A stretch of DNA of 64,000 bases, from contig DEAD01000011.1 of the NCBI GenBank assembly GCA_002346645.1, forward strand, positions 90,760 through 154,759, read 5' to 3'. Made by a program: the position numbers and the translations under genes. Below the pieces are notes generated by a model. That model was not told the DNA's origin. It saw only the letters and a list, made by a program, of their open reading frames with translations, and made no database searches. This DNA comes from Dehalococcoidia bacterium UBA2991. Lineage in GTDB: Bacteria > Chloroflexota > Dehalococcoidia > Tepidiformales > Tepidiformaceae. Within the stretch, counting starts at the first letter, position 1. Each line of letters begins with the position of its first letter. Positions 8,979 through 17,281 of this stretch are shown here, piece after piece.

Positions 8979-11600
8979 CTAGGCGAGGTTGCCGTGGCAC
9001 TTTTTGAATTTTTTCCCGCTGCCACAATGGCATGGGTCGTTACGTCCGATCTTCTTAGCTCCGGCTCTTGGCGCTTCCGCTGTTACTGTAGCGCCCTGGC
9101 CACCCGCCCTCGCGCCGTTTGTTGAAACTTCTCTGTTGCTTGCGGAGTCTGGCTGCGGTCTTCGAGCTGTAGTGGCGCGGTTCGGAGGTGCTGGGGGGAG
9201 ATCCTTTGCTCGCATTTTGAAAACTGCTTGCGCTACTTGGCGGCGGATGTTTCCCTGAAGCTGCTGAAACATGTCGTAGCCTTCCCGTTTGAAAGCTACC
9301 AGCGGGTCGACCTGCGCATAAGCCTGTAATCCCACGCTCTGGCGTACTTCATCAACCGCTGTCAAATGCTCCCGCCAGTGATAGTCGATTGTTTCGAGCA
9401 GGAGCAACTGTTCCAGCTTGCGGGCTACTTCATCGCCTACCGTGTCTTCGATCTCCTCGTAGCGGTCCTCGATCTTGTCTAGTGCTACATCTGCGATGCG
9501 TTCTTGCTTCTCCGCAATCTCTTCCAGTGCTGGCAGGATGTCGGGAGGCATGATTTCACCCAGCTCTGCGTGTACTAACTTCGCGTCGAAACCTTCATCG
9601 CGGTTTCTTTCGATAATGCCGTCAATCTCATCCGTTACGAATGAGAATACGTTCTCTCGCACGTCCGCTCCCTGAAGCACCTTGTCTCTTTCCGTATACA
9701 AAACTGCGCGCTGCTCATTGATGACATCGTCGAATTCCACTAGTCGCTTGCGGATGTCGAAGTTATAGCCCTCCACTTTTTGCTGAGCCTGCTCGATTGC
9801 GCGGGTCACCATGCGTGATTCCAGTGGCATGTCCTCCGTCATTCCCATCTTCTCCAGCATTCCTGGTACCCAGTCCGGTGCGAATCGCTGCATGATGTCG
9901 TCTCCGAATGACACAAAGAATCGACTTGAGCCTGGATCGCCCTGTCGGCCCGCCCGCCCGCGTAACTGGTTATCGATGCGTCTTGATTCGTGACGTTCTG
10001 TCCCGATTACGTGTAGCCCGCCGGCCTTTGCAACCCCTTCTCCCAGCTTGATATCTGTACCGCGCCCTGCCATGTTTGTGGCAATTACTACCGCCGCTGC
10101 TTCCCCTGCATTTTCCACAATATTTGCTTCTCGTTCGTGTTGCTTAGCATTAAGCACCTCGTGCTTAATGCCTCGACGAAGAAGCAATTGACCTAGGTAT
10201 TCGGACTTCTCAATTGAGGTGGTTCCCACTAGCACCGGACGGCCCTGCCCGTGCATTTCGATGATCTCTTCCACTACCGCCGCAAATTTGGCCTTCTCGT
10301 TGATGTAGACCATGTCCTCTCGATCCCCACGAACCATTGGCATGTTCGTAGGGATAGCTACTACATCGAGGTTGTAGATCCTCGCGAACTCCTCTGCTTC
10401 AGTCTCTGCCGTTCCCGTCATCCCCGCTAGCTTGGCGTACAGCCGGAAGTAGTTCTGGAAGGTGATTGTGGCGTGGGTCAGCGATTCCCGTTGGATGGGG
10501 ACAGCTTCCTTCGCTTCTACTGCCTGGTGGATTCCGTGGCTCCAGCGTCGACCGGGCATCATGCGCCCTGTGAATTCGTCGACGATGATGATTTCTCGAT
10601 CTCGTACCACGTAATCACGATCAGGACGCTTTAGGTATTCCGCATCCAGTGCTGCTTCCAGGTGGCGTGCAAGTCGAGGGTCTCCCCCAAACAGGTTGTC
10701 TACTCTCAGCGCTCGCTCGATCTTTGCGATACCCGTTTCTGTCAATGCCACATGTTTGGCCTTCTGGTCGAGTGCATAGTCCAGGTCTGCATGGAGGCCA
10801 CGTACGGCTCGCGCGAACATCTGGTAGGTGCCGCTAGCTTCTTCTGCCTGTCCGCTGATGATGAGTGGCGTCCGTGCCTCGTCAATAAGGATGTTGTCGA
10901 CCTCGTCGACGATTGCAAAGAAGAGTGGCCGCTGCGTTTTTAGCTCGCTTTCCCGCACCATATTGTCGCGAAGGTAGTCGAAACCGAACTCGTTGTTCGT
11001 GCCATACGTTACGTCGGTCCGGTAGACGTCTCGGCGCTCGCAGGGTCGTAGGTCCTCCAAGCCTCCCTCTCCGTCCTCGCCTGGGCGATAGCCTGGCTCG
11101 TACAGGTACTGGATGTGATCGTTTTGGATTACGCCTAGGCTCATCCCAAGTGCGTGAAAAATAGGCCCGTACCAAGCTGCATCTCGACGTGCGAGGTAGT
11201 CGTTAACCGTTACCAGGTGTGCGCCTTTTCCAGCCAATGCGTTTAGGTACAGGGGGCCGATTGCAGTTAGGGTCTTGCCCTCCCCCGTCTTCATCTCTGC
11301 GATCTTTCCTTGGTGTAGTACCAAGCCGCCCATCATCTGCACTGGGTAGGGACGTTGTCCCATCTGTCGCCAGGCCACCTCTCGAACCGTCGCGAAAGCC
11401 TCTGGTACGAGGTCCTCGAGTGTCTCTCCTGCGGCTAGCCGTTCGCGGAATTCGCCTGTTAATTCCCGCAGCTTTTCATCTGGGAATGCCGCGAACTTGT
11501 CGTTCAATTCCTCGATCGCGGTAACCGAGGATTCAAGGCGGTTAACCTCGCGCTCGTTAGAGTCGCCCACGATGCGGCCGATAAAGCCAAGCTTTGGCAT
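8979..11600 (-). CDS. secA: Preprotein translocase ATPase SecA
   Basis: 873 aa. Walker A MKTGEGKT, DEVDNILIDEARTPLIISG, TNMAGRGTDIKLG, and the C-terminal zinc finger CHCGSGKKFKKCHG. Confidence 0.97.
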   Translation of the reverse strand: MPKLGFIGRIVGDSNEREVNRLESSVTAIEELNDKFAAFPDEKLRELTGEFRERLAAGETLEDLVPEAFATVREVAWRQMGQRPYPVQMMGGLVLHQGKIAEMKTGEGKTLTAIGPLYLNALAGKGAHLVTVNDYLARRDAAWYGPIFHALGMSLGVIQNDHIQYLYEPGYRPGEDGEGGLEDLRPCERRDVYRTDVTYGTNNEFGFDYLRDNMVRESELKTQRPLFFAIVDEVDNILIDEARTPLIISGQAEEASGTYQMFARAVRGLHADLDYALDQKAKHVALTETGIAKIERALRVDNLFGGDPRLARHLEAALDAEYLKRPDRDYVVRDREIIIVDEFTGRMMPGRRWSHGIHQAVEAKEAVPIQRESLTHATITFQNYFRLYAKLAGMTGTAETEAEEFARIYNLDVVAIPTNMPMVRGDREDMVYINEKAKFAAVVEEIIEMHGQGRPVLVGTTSIEKSEYLGQLLLRRGIKHEVLNAKQHEREANIVENAGEAAAVVIATNMAGRGTDIKLGEGVAKAGGLHVIGTERHESRRIDNQLRGRAGRQGDPGSSRFFVSFGDDIMQRFAPDWVPGMLEKMGMTEDMPLESRMVTRAIEQAQQKVEGYNFDIRKRLVEFDDVINEQRAVLYTERDKVLQGADVRENVFSFVTDEIDGIIERNRDEGFDAKLVHAELGEIMPPDILPALEEIAEKQERIADVALDKIEDRYEEIEDTVGDEVARKLEQLLLLETIDYHWREHLTAVDEVRQSVGLQAYAQVDPLVAFKREGYDMFQQLQGNIRRQVAQAVFKMRAKDLPPAPPNRATTARRPQPDSASNREVSTNGARAGGQGATVTAEAPRAGAKKIGRNDPCHCGSGKKFKKCHGNLA

Positions 11601-11655
11601 GCGTCCAGTGTATCGCGCAGCGTCCTTGGCGAGGAGCTCCGTTCGGTTTTAGTAA

Positions 11656-12174
11656 CTAGTCGACTAGCGCGGCGATGACATCCTCTAGGATTGCATCGGC
11701 TTTTTTTCGCATCTCCTCGTCATTGGCATCCTGGATTGGATGGGGAACGAACAGGCGGCGCACCTCAGGCAGGCCGAGGGACTCAGATTGTGCTGCTGCG
11801 GCCTCAATAAACTCGTCTGAGGCAATAAAAACAGAGGGTATCCCGTTGATTTCGAGCCAGGTCGTATCGTGCACACTGCACGTCGTGCAGGATCCTCAGT
11901 CCGCAAGTCCCTCGATAACGAAGTCAGCCTCTTTCGCTAACTTCTGCCGCAGCGCCTCTGGTGCTGGTTTAGTGAAAGTAGGTTTACTGAATCGGAGGAT
12001 GTCCACATCTGGAAGCCGTTCGCGTAAGCGGATCTCTAACTGGTTCAATAGCACGTCGCCTCGGGGTTTTGAGATATCTAGCAGTGCAACAGTTCCGCTA
12101 ATGGCCTCTGGTCGCTTCGTTAGTGAGCGCCGTACTGGAACACGTTCGTCTGTCGGGTCCAGAATCGTCGTCAT
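11656..12174 (-). CDS. Putative selenoprotein (172 aa) with a U-G-S-C-T-T-C motif. In-frame UGA at 11898-11896 is read as Sec.
   Basis: Track ORFs 11896..12174(-) and 11656..11874(-) share one frame and are separated by a single TGA plus 7 sense codons (G S C T T C S). The fused product reads ...FVIEGLAD-U-GSCTTCSVHDTTWLEINGIPSVF... A hairpin follows directly after the UGA. A GGGAGG SD lies 8 nt before the ATG at 12174. Confidence 0.7.
11876..11890 (-). promoter_or_regulatory. Candidate SECIS-type hairpin for the UGSC gene
   Basis: On the minus strand, CUGCAC-GAC-GUGCAG forms a perfect 6-bp stem that starts 5 nt after the UGA. An alternative fold is UGCAC-(10 nt)-GUGCA. Confidence 0.45.
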
Positions 12175-12293
12175 AGGTCCCGCCTCCCTGGAGTCTGACC
12201 GTACTTCAATTATAGCCTCCCCTTCGAATTCTCCAGGGCGCTACACTTGCTTCGTGAAGGCAGCTATATAGACCCAGGCAAGGAGGTGTCCCT
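12175..12293. promoter_or_regulatory. Divergent control region between the two selenoprotein genes
   Basis: 119-bp spacer. On the minus strand there is a perfect TATAAT at 12214-12209 with a weak -35 (TGGAGA, 15-nt spacing). On the plus strand there is TATATA at 12265-12270. Both genes have strong SDs (GGGAGG at 12188-12183, AGGAGG at 12281-12286). Confidence 0.4.
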
Positions 12294-12542
12294 ATGGCTG
12301 AACCCGCAATGTTGATTTCAATTGAGTACTGTGTCCCCTGAAACTACACCGCAAGGGCCGCGTGGACGGCCCAGGAACTCTTGTCTACTTTCGCCGACCA
12401 AACCGGCTCTCTCGCCCTCATCCCTGGTGCCGGGGGTGCCTTTGAAGTGAAAGTGGATGGTGATCTGGTCTTTTCTAAGAAAGAAAAGGGCCGTTACCCC
12501 GAGATCAAGGAGCTGCAGGAAGCAATCGCAGCCCGTCTATAG
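12294..12542 (+). CDS. SelW/SelT/SelH (Rdx) family selenoprotein, 82 aa. UGA at 12339-12341 is read as Sec.
   Basis: Absent from the ORF track. My translation is MAEPAMLISIEYCVP-U-NYTARAAWTAQELLSTFADQTGSLALIPGAGGAFEVKVDGDLVFSKKEKGRYPEIKELQEAIAARL*. The IEYCxxU / RAAWxAQELL / G.FEV.VDG.L.FSK...GR.PE pattern is the bacterial Rdx family signature with CxxU in place of CxxC. An AGGAGG SD lies 7 nt upstream. Confidence 0.82.
12355..12372 (+). promoter_or_regulatory. Candidate SECIS hairpin for the SelW-like gene
   Basis: GGGCCG-CGUGGA-CGGCCC forms a perfect 6-bp GC stem with a 6-nt loop containing GU. It starts 13 nt after the UGA. Confidence 0.55.
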
Positions 12543-12585
12543 TTTCATCGACAGTCATTAATCAATAACCCCACCGGAGGTCGCA

Positions 12586-12921
12586 ATGCCTTTTATGCTC
12601 GTTCGGCTCGAGTGCAAATACGGAAAGACACAGGAGTTTCAGGAGGTAATGTCGCACCTCGTGCCTGTGCTTGAAGCGAAGGGCTGGCGATTGCATGGCG
12701 CCTACCAGAACAGCATTGGTCGTCTCAACCGATGCTACGATCTGTGGGAGATGCCAGATGCTAACCATGTCGGATCCGTGCTTGCCCTAGCTGGCCAGGA
12801 GCCTGAATTTCGCGAGTGGGCTGATCGTCTCGGCGATTGCCTTGAGCAAGAGGAGCTCGAATTCATGAGTGAGCTCCCCTACTCCATTGAAGCTCGCCAG
12901 CGGCGTGTTGCTGGGGACTGA
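12586..12921 (+). CDS. NIPSNAP family protein
   Basis: 111 aa, dimeric alpha/beta-barrel type. GWRLHGAYQNSIGRLNRCYDLWEMPD resembles the NIPSNAP core (G.L..v.hlW). A GGAGG SD lies 6 nt upstream. It sits 43 nt after the SelW-like gene on the same strand. Confidence 0.65.
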   Translation: MPFMLVRLECKYGKTQEFQEVMSHLVPVLEAKGWRLHGAYQNSIGRLNRCYDLWEMPDANHVGSVLALAGQEPEFREWADRLGDCLEQEELEFMSELPYSIEARQRRVAGD

Positions 12922-12973
12922 CGCACTAGCCATTCTGTGATTCTGCACCCCTACCTAAAAGTTATGGGCTGGA

Positions 12974-14206
12974 GTGCCTTTACACTCGGCCTGTATGTCT
13001 GATTTAGCGGGAGTGTCCAGAGCAGCTGACCAAATGGAGGGCGAGCAGGCCTCCGCTCCTTGGCGTCCGCAACCGCTTGCAGCCTCTGGTTGGCCCGAAG
13101 TGTGGGACCTCCCCGCTGGTGTTGTTCCCCGCCAGACTCTTCGAGAGGCAGAACGGCTAGGCATCATCACCACATCTGCTGTCGAGGTACCCGAGAGCGG
13201 ATTCCAGCCAGCCAGTCTCGATCTCCTTCTCGGACCCACTGCCTACCGCATTGGTTCCAGTTTCCTCCCCGGGGACCAGACCGTGAAGGATCGCCTGGGA
13301 GATTTGCAGATCGATAAAGGTATCGATATTCGCTCCGGTGGGATCCTCGAACCCAATCGTCCCTACCTCATTCCACTCATGGAGGGACTTCGGCTTCCGG
13401 CTAATGTGCGCGCCGTTACCAACCCCAAGAGTTCTACGGGGCGGGTGGATATCTTTACTCGTGTGGTGACCGATCACTCTCACCGCTTCGACGACATTGC
13501 TGCTGGGTACGAAGGGGCCCTTTGGCTAGAGGTTTTCTCCCGCTCATTTCTTGTGAAGGTGCACGCCGGCATGGCCCTTAACCAGTTGCGGTTCATCGTT
13601 GAAGACTCTTCTGGCGGCCAGGTTCCTCTCTCGCTACCTTCTTCTGCTCCTGAGACAGTCCGAATCCAACTACGGCCTTCCGCCGAGGAGCCTGAAATGG
13701 AGGAGGAACAGGTGGGGCCTCTGCCAGTAGGGTTCAAAGCGAAACGCAACACCAGTGCTCTCCTTGACCTGGACCGGAGGGACCACGATCCGCGGGAGTT
13801 CTGGGAGCCTATCTGGCCTACCAGCCAGCTTGTCTTAAAGCCGGAGGAGTTTTACCTGCTTCGTTCTCGTGAGCAGATTTCTATCCCTGCCGAACTTGCT
13901 GCTGAAATGGTTCCGTTTGACCCCACTAGTGGAGAGCTACGAACTCACTACGCTGGCTTTTTCGATCCCGGTTTTGGGGCCAGCGTACCCGCAGGTCTTC
14001 CCGCTGTCCTCGAGGTGCGTGCTCATGACGTGCCCTTCATGCTCGAGGATGGCCAAGAGGTTGCTAGCTTTCGTTACCAGAAGCTGGCTGGCCCCCCTGA
14101 CCTCTTATATGGGCAAGAAGCTGGCTCCCACTATGGGGATGAGCGTCAGTGGCGTTTTCTTAGTAAGCACTTCCGTTCATGGGGGCAGCTACCTCTCCGA
14201 TTCTGA
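12974..14206 (+). CDS. 2'-deoxycytidine 5'-triphosphate deaminase (DCD family, long form)
   Basis: GVVPRQTLREAERLGII...GFQPASLDLLLGPTAYRIGSSFLPG matches the PF06559-type N-terminus. FDPGFG appears late in the protein. The start is uncertain (GTG 12974, ATG 12995 or ATG 13037). Confidence 0.78.
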   Translation: MPLHSACMSDLAGVSRAADQMEGEQASAPWRPQPLAASGWPEVWDLPAGVVPRQTLREAERLGIITTSAVEVPESGFQPASLDLLLGPTAYRIGSSFLPGDQTVKDRLGDLQIDKGIDIRSGGILEPNRPYLIPLMEGLRLPANVRAVTNPKSSTGRVDIFTRVVTDHSHRFDDIAAGYEGALWLEVFSRSFLVKVHAGMALNQLRFIVEDSSGGQVPLSLPSSAPETVRIQLRPSAEEPEMEEEQVGPLPVGFKAKRNTSALLDLDRRDHDPREFWEPIWPTSQLVLKPEEFYLLRSREQISIPAELAAEMVPFDPTSGELRTHYAGFFDPGFGASVPAGLPAVLEVRAHDVPFMLEDGQEVASFRYQKLAGPPDLLYGQEAGSHYGDERQWRFLSKHFRSWGQLPLRF

Positions 14207-14278
14207 AATTAGTTCGGTAGGCGATGCCGCTCACTCCCGATAGAGATAGACTGAGGGTTCACGTTTTCGGAGCGAATC

Positions 14279-15172
14279 ATGTCCAAGATTGGTCGTCTGC
14301 TTACCGCTATGGTTACCCCTTATACCGCAGAGGGTGAGGTCAATTACCCTCTCGCTCGTCGTCTTGCCGCTTCACTTGTTCGTGCTGGAAACGAGGGGGT
14401 TGTGGTGACCGGTACTACGGGGGAGGCGCCCCTCCTAAGTGATGACGAGAAAGCTCGTTTATGGGAGGAGATCAAGCAGGAGCTTGGAGATGAGGGCACC
14501 GTTATTGCTGGTGCAGGAACAAATGACACTCGCCACTCGGTTGCCCTCGCTAAGCGTGCCGAGGCTGTCGGGGTTGATGCGATCCTTGCTGTGACACCCT
14601 ATTACCTGCGGCCCCCACAGGAAGGCATCATTGAGCATTTCCGCTGTATTGCCGAGAGCATCGATACTCCAGTAATTGTCTACAACGTTCCTAGTCGCAC
14701 AGGTGTAAACCTCACAGGCGATACGCTTCTACGCCTTTCCGAGATCCCCAATATTGTCGGTAATAAAGAAGCTAACGGAGATCTCCATGCCGCTGCTCAG
14801 TTGCTTGAGGCCCGACCAGATTTCCGTATCTGGAGTGGTAACGACAATGACAATTTCCATCTTTGGTGCATGGGTGCCTACGGAGCCATCAGTGTGACCG
14901 CTCATATCGTCGCTGGGCGTCAGCGGGCCATGCTCGAACATGTGCTTGCTGGTGACCTTGCTGCTGCTGCTGCCATCCACCGTCCACTCGTTCCTCTTAC
15001 CAATGCCTGTTTTCTCAATGGTAGTCCTAGCACCATTCGTTATGTGCTGCGGGAACTTGGCGTTGAAATAGGCTCTCCCCGTTTGCCAGTTGTTGAGCCC
15101 ACTGATGCCGTTGGTGCTCAGGTGATGGCCGAAGTTAGGCGCCATCACCTCGACTCCTTCTCCCTAGCTTGA
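14279..15172 (+). CDS. dapA: 4-hydroxy-tetrahydrodipicolinate synthase
   Basis: 297 aa. LLTAMVTPY...GVVVTGTTGEAPLLSDDEK...VTPYYLRP...YNVPSRTG are classic DapA motifs. Confidence 0.93.
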   Translation: MSKIGRLLTAMVTPYTAEGEVNYPLARRLAASLVRAGNEGVVVTGTTGEAPLLSDDEKARLWEEIKQELGDEGTVIAGAGTNDTRHSVALAKRAEAVGVDAILAVTPYYLRPPQEGIIEHFRCIAESIDTPVIVYNVPSRTGVNLTGDTLLRLSEIPNIVGNKEANGDLHAAAQLLEARPDFRIWSGNDNDNFHLWCMGAYGAISVTAHIVAGRQRAMLEHVLAGDLAAAAAIHRPLVPLTNACFLNGSPSTIRYVLRELGVEIGSPRLPVVEPTDAVGAQVMAEVRRHHLDSFSLA

Positions 15173-15262
15173 ATTGGAACCTACCTGCGTAATGGTGAGC
15201 GACCGATTCCTGGTTGGCTCCCTTGCGGCAGAGTGTTACCGTCCTCTTCTTGGAGTGAGGCA

Positions 15263-16060
15263 ATGAGTGGCCTCGGCATCGGTGAGCGACTGATCGGGGC
15301 TCGCGAGGAGCGTGGCCTTACCCTCGAAGATGCCGAGCGCGATACGCGAATTTCCCGGCGTTATCTCCAGGCTTTAGAAGATGAACGCTTCGATATCATT
15401 CCTGCTCCCGTTTATGCGCGGGGCTTTCTCAGGTCTTACTCCCAATACTTAGGCCTGGAAACTGCTGGGCTCCTCGCTCGTTTTCCTCAGGACTCTCCCC
15501 CTGTGGTTTCGCCTTCTTCCAACTTTGAAAGGCAAGAGGGGCGTTCCAGTAGAGGGCCTTCAACTCTTTTCGGCTCCCGTGTGCCAGATGACCCAATGAT
15601 TGGTGTTGACATCGGTGTGACTATTGCCGCCCGCCGCAGAAGAACGGTCCCTCTGCCCTTTGCCCGGGCTGGTGTAATCGCATCAGTTGCCATTGCTGTA
15701 ACTGCGATTGCCATCGTGCTGGCTGTTGCTATCGCTGACTCTGGCAACGGAAACGATTCCTTGGAAGATGGGGTTGTAGGGTCCGCTGCATCGAATCCGG
15801 TTGCTACCCAGTCGTCTCAGGATAAAGCGGTTCCCACTAGCAGTGGCCTGGAGGTGGAGTATGGGGTTGTTCCCGATGTAGTAGGTCATCCCGAGGACAT
15901 TGCCCGGCTTGCTGTCCAGGAAGCCGGTTTTGAAGTCGCTGTCGTTACTGATCGGAACGAACAGTACCCTCGTGGCACTGTTTTTGAACAAGCCCCTTCA
16001 GCAGGTGTTGAGCAGGATCCGGGGCGTGGAGTCTTCATCGCGGTAAGTCAAGGCCCGTAG
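15263..16060 (+). CDS. RodZ-like HTH (XRE) domain, TM helix and C-terminal PASTA domain protein
   Basis: The N-terminus IGERLIGAREERGLTLEDAERDTRISRRYLQALEDERFDIIPAPVYARGFLRSYSQYLGL is RodZ-like. The TM helix is GVIASVAIAVTAIAIVLAVAIA. The C-terminus VPDVVGHPEDIARLAVQEAGFEVAVV...GTVFEQAPSAGVEQDPGRGVFIAVSQG is a PASTA signature. The track start is 15233. I prefer ATG 15263, which has a GGAGTGAGG SD. Confidence 0.75.
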   Translation: MSGLGIGERLIGAREERGLTLEDAERDTRISRRYLQALEDERFDIIPAPVYARGFLRSYSQYLGLETAGLLARFPQDSPPVVSPSSNFERQEGRSSRGPSTLFGSRVPDDPMIGVDIGVTIAARRRRTVPLPFARAGVIASVAIAVTAIAIVLAVAIADSGNGNDSLEDGVVGSAASNPVATQSSQDKAVPTSSGLEVEYGVVPDVVGHPEDIARLAVQEAGFEVAVVTDRNEQYPRGTVFEQAPSAGVEQDPGRGVFIAVSQGP

Positions 16061-16105
16061 AAGCCTGCTCGCTCTCGTAGCAGATTCAGCGGTTAAGATT
16101 GGGCC

Positions 16106-17281
16106 ATGACAGAGATTCCAACCCTTGATCCTCCACGTCGTGTCCTAATGGGTCCTGGACCCAGTGGCGCTGATACAAGCGTCCTCGCTGCTATGGGCCT
16201 TCCGCTAGTTGGCCATTTAGATCCTGAATTCATCCGCATCATGGATGAGTGTCAGGAGATGATGCGGCAGGTCTATCGAACTGGGAACGAGGTAACTCTT
16301 GCCACTCCGGGAACGGGAACAAGCGGAATGGAAGCCGCTGTAATGAACCTCCTGCAACCTGGTGAGCGAGCCATTATTGGCATCTGCGGTTACTTTGGGG
16401 AACGTATCTCTCAGATGGCCTCGCGGACGGGGGCCGAGGTCACCATTGTGACTGCACCGTGGGGTTCCCCCGTTCCTCCCGAGGCTATCGAACGTGAGCT
16501 TCGCGCTGGTCCCACAAAGCTTGTTGCAATAGTCCATGCAGAGACCTCAACTGGTGTCCTCCAGCCTGTCGAAACTATTTCTGCTCTATGCAAGGAACAT
16601 GGGGCGTTATTACTTCTCGATTGCGTTACCTCCCTTGGTGGCATTCCGGTTGAGATAGATGCCTGGGGAGTTGATGCTGCCTACTCAGGTACCCAGAAGT
16701 GTCTTTCTGCACCTCCAGGGGCGTCTCCGCTCACACTCTCTCCTGCTGCCTGGAGCGCAATCCAAGCTCGAGAGGCCCCTTCTAATAGCTGGTACCTCGA
16801 CCTAGGTCTTTTAGAGGCCTATTGGGATAGCCGCCGTGCCTACCATCACACATCTCCTATTTCTATGACGTATGCACTCCATCGTGCGCTTGCCCTGGTG
16901 CTGGAGGAGGGCTTAGAGGCGCGTTGGCAGCGCCACGAGAACAACGGTCGCGCCCTTCAGAATGGGCTCGAGGCAATGGGTCTGGTTCTTCATGCTGATG
17001 TAGAGCATCGGCTCCCTGTCCTTACGACTGTGAGGATTCCGGAAGGTATCGACGACGGAACTGTGCGTGGTGCTCTCCTTAATCGTTTCGGTATTGAGGT
17101 TGGTGGTGGCATTGGAGAGCTTCGCGGCAATGTTTGGCGCGTTGGGCTTATGGGTGAGTCATCCACCGCTGGCAACGTGCTCCTCTTTCTTTCTTCCCTG
17201 GGACGCCTTCTGCGCGAGCATGGCTTTGAAGCTGATGTAGGTGCTGCGCTGGATGTGGCTGCCCAGGGGCTCGCTTCATGA
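16106..17281 (+). CDS. Class V aminotransferase (alanine-glyoxylate / serine-pyruvate type)
   Basis: 391 aa. GPGPS near the N-terminus and the PLP-lysine region YSGTQKCLSAPPG. Confidence 0.85.
   Translation: MTEIPTLDPPRRVLMGPGPSGADTSVLAAMGLPLVGHLDPEFIRIMDECQEMMRQVYRTGNEVTLATPGTGTSGMEAAVMNLLQPGERAIIGICGYFGERISQMASRTGAEVTIVTAPWGSPVPPEAIERELRAGPTKLVAIVHAETSTGVLQPVETISALCKEHGALLLLDCVTSLGGIPVEIDAWGVDAAYSGTQKCLSAPPGASPLTLSPAAWSAIQAREAPSNSWYLDLGLLEAYWDSRRAYHHTSPISMTYALHRALALVLEEGLEARWQRHENNGRALQNGLEAMGLVLHADVEHRLPVLTTVRIPEGIDDGTVRGALLNRFGIEVGGGIGELRGNVWRVGLMGESSTAGNVLLFLSSLGRLLREHGFEADVGAALDVAAQGLAS

Noticed and set aside
11896-11898. Alternative reading of the split UGSC locus as a nonsense-mutated pseudogene or a sequencing error
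   Set aside because: There is no frameshift and only one stop, which is specifically TGA. It sits in a UxxC-type motif and is immediately followed by a perfect hairpin. Two other UGA-recoded genes, including selD, are in the window. A pseudogene cannot be formally excluded without homologues.
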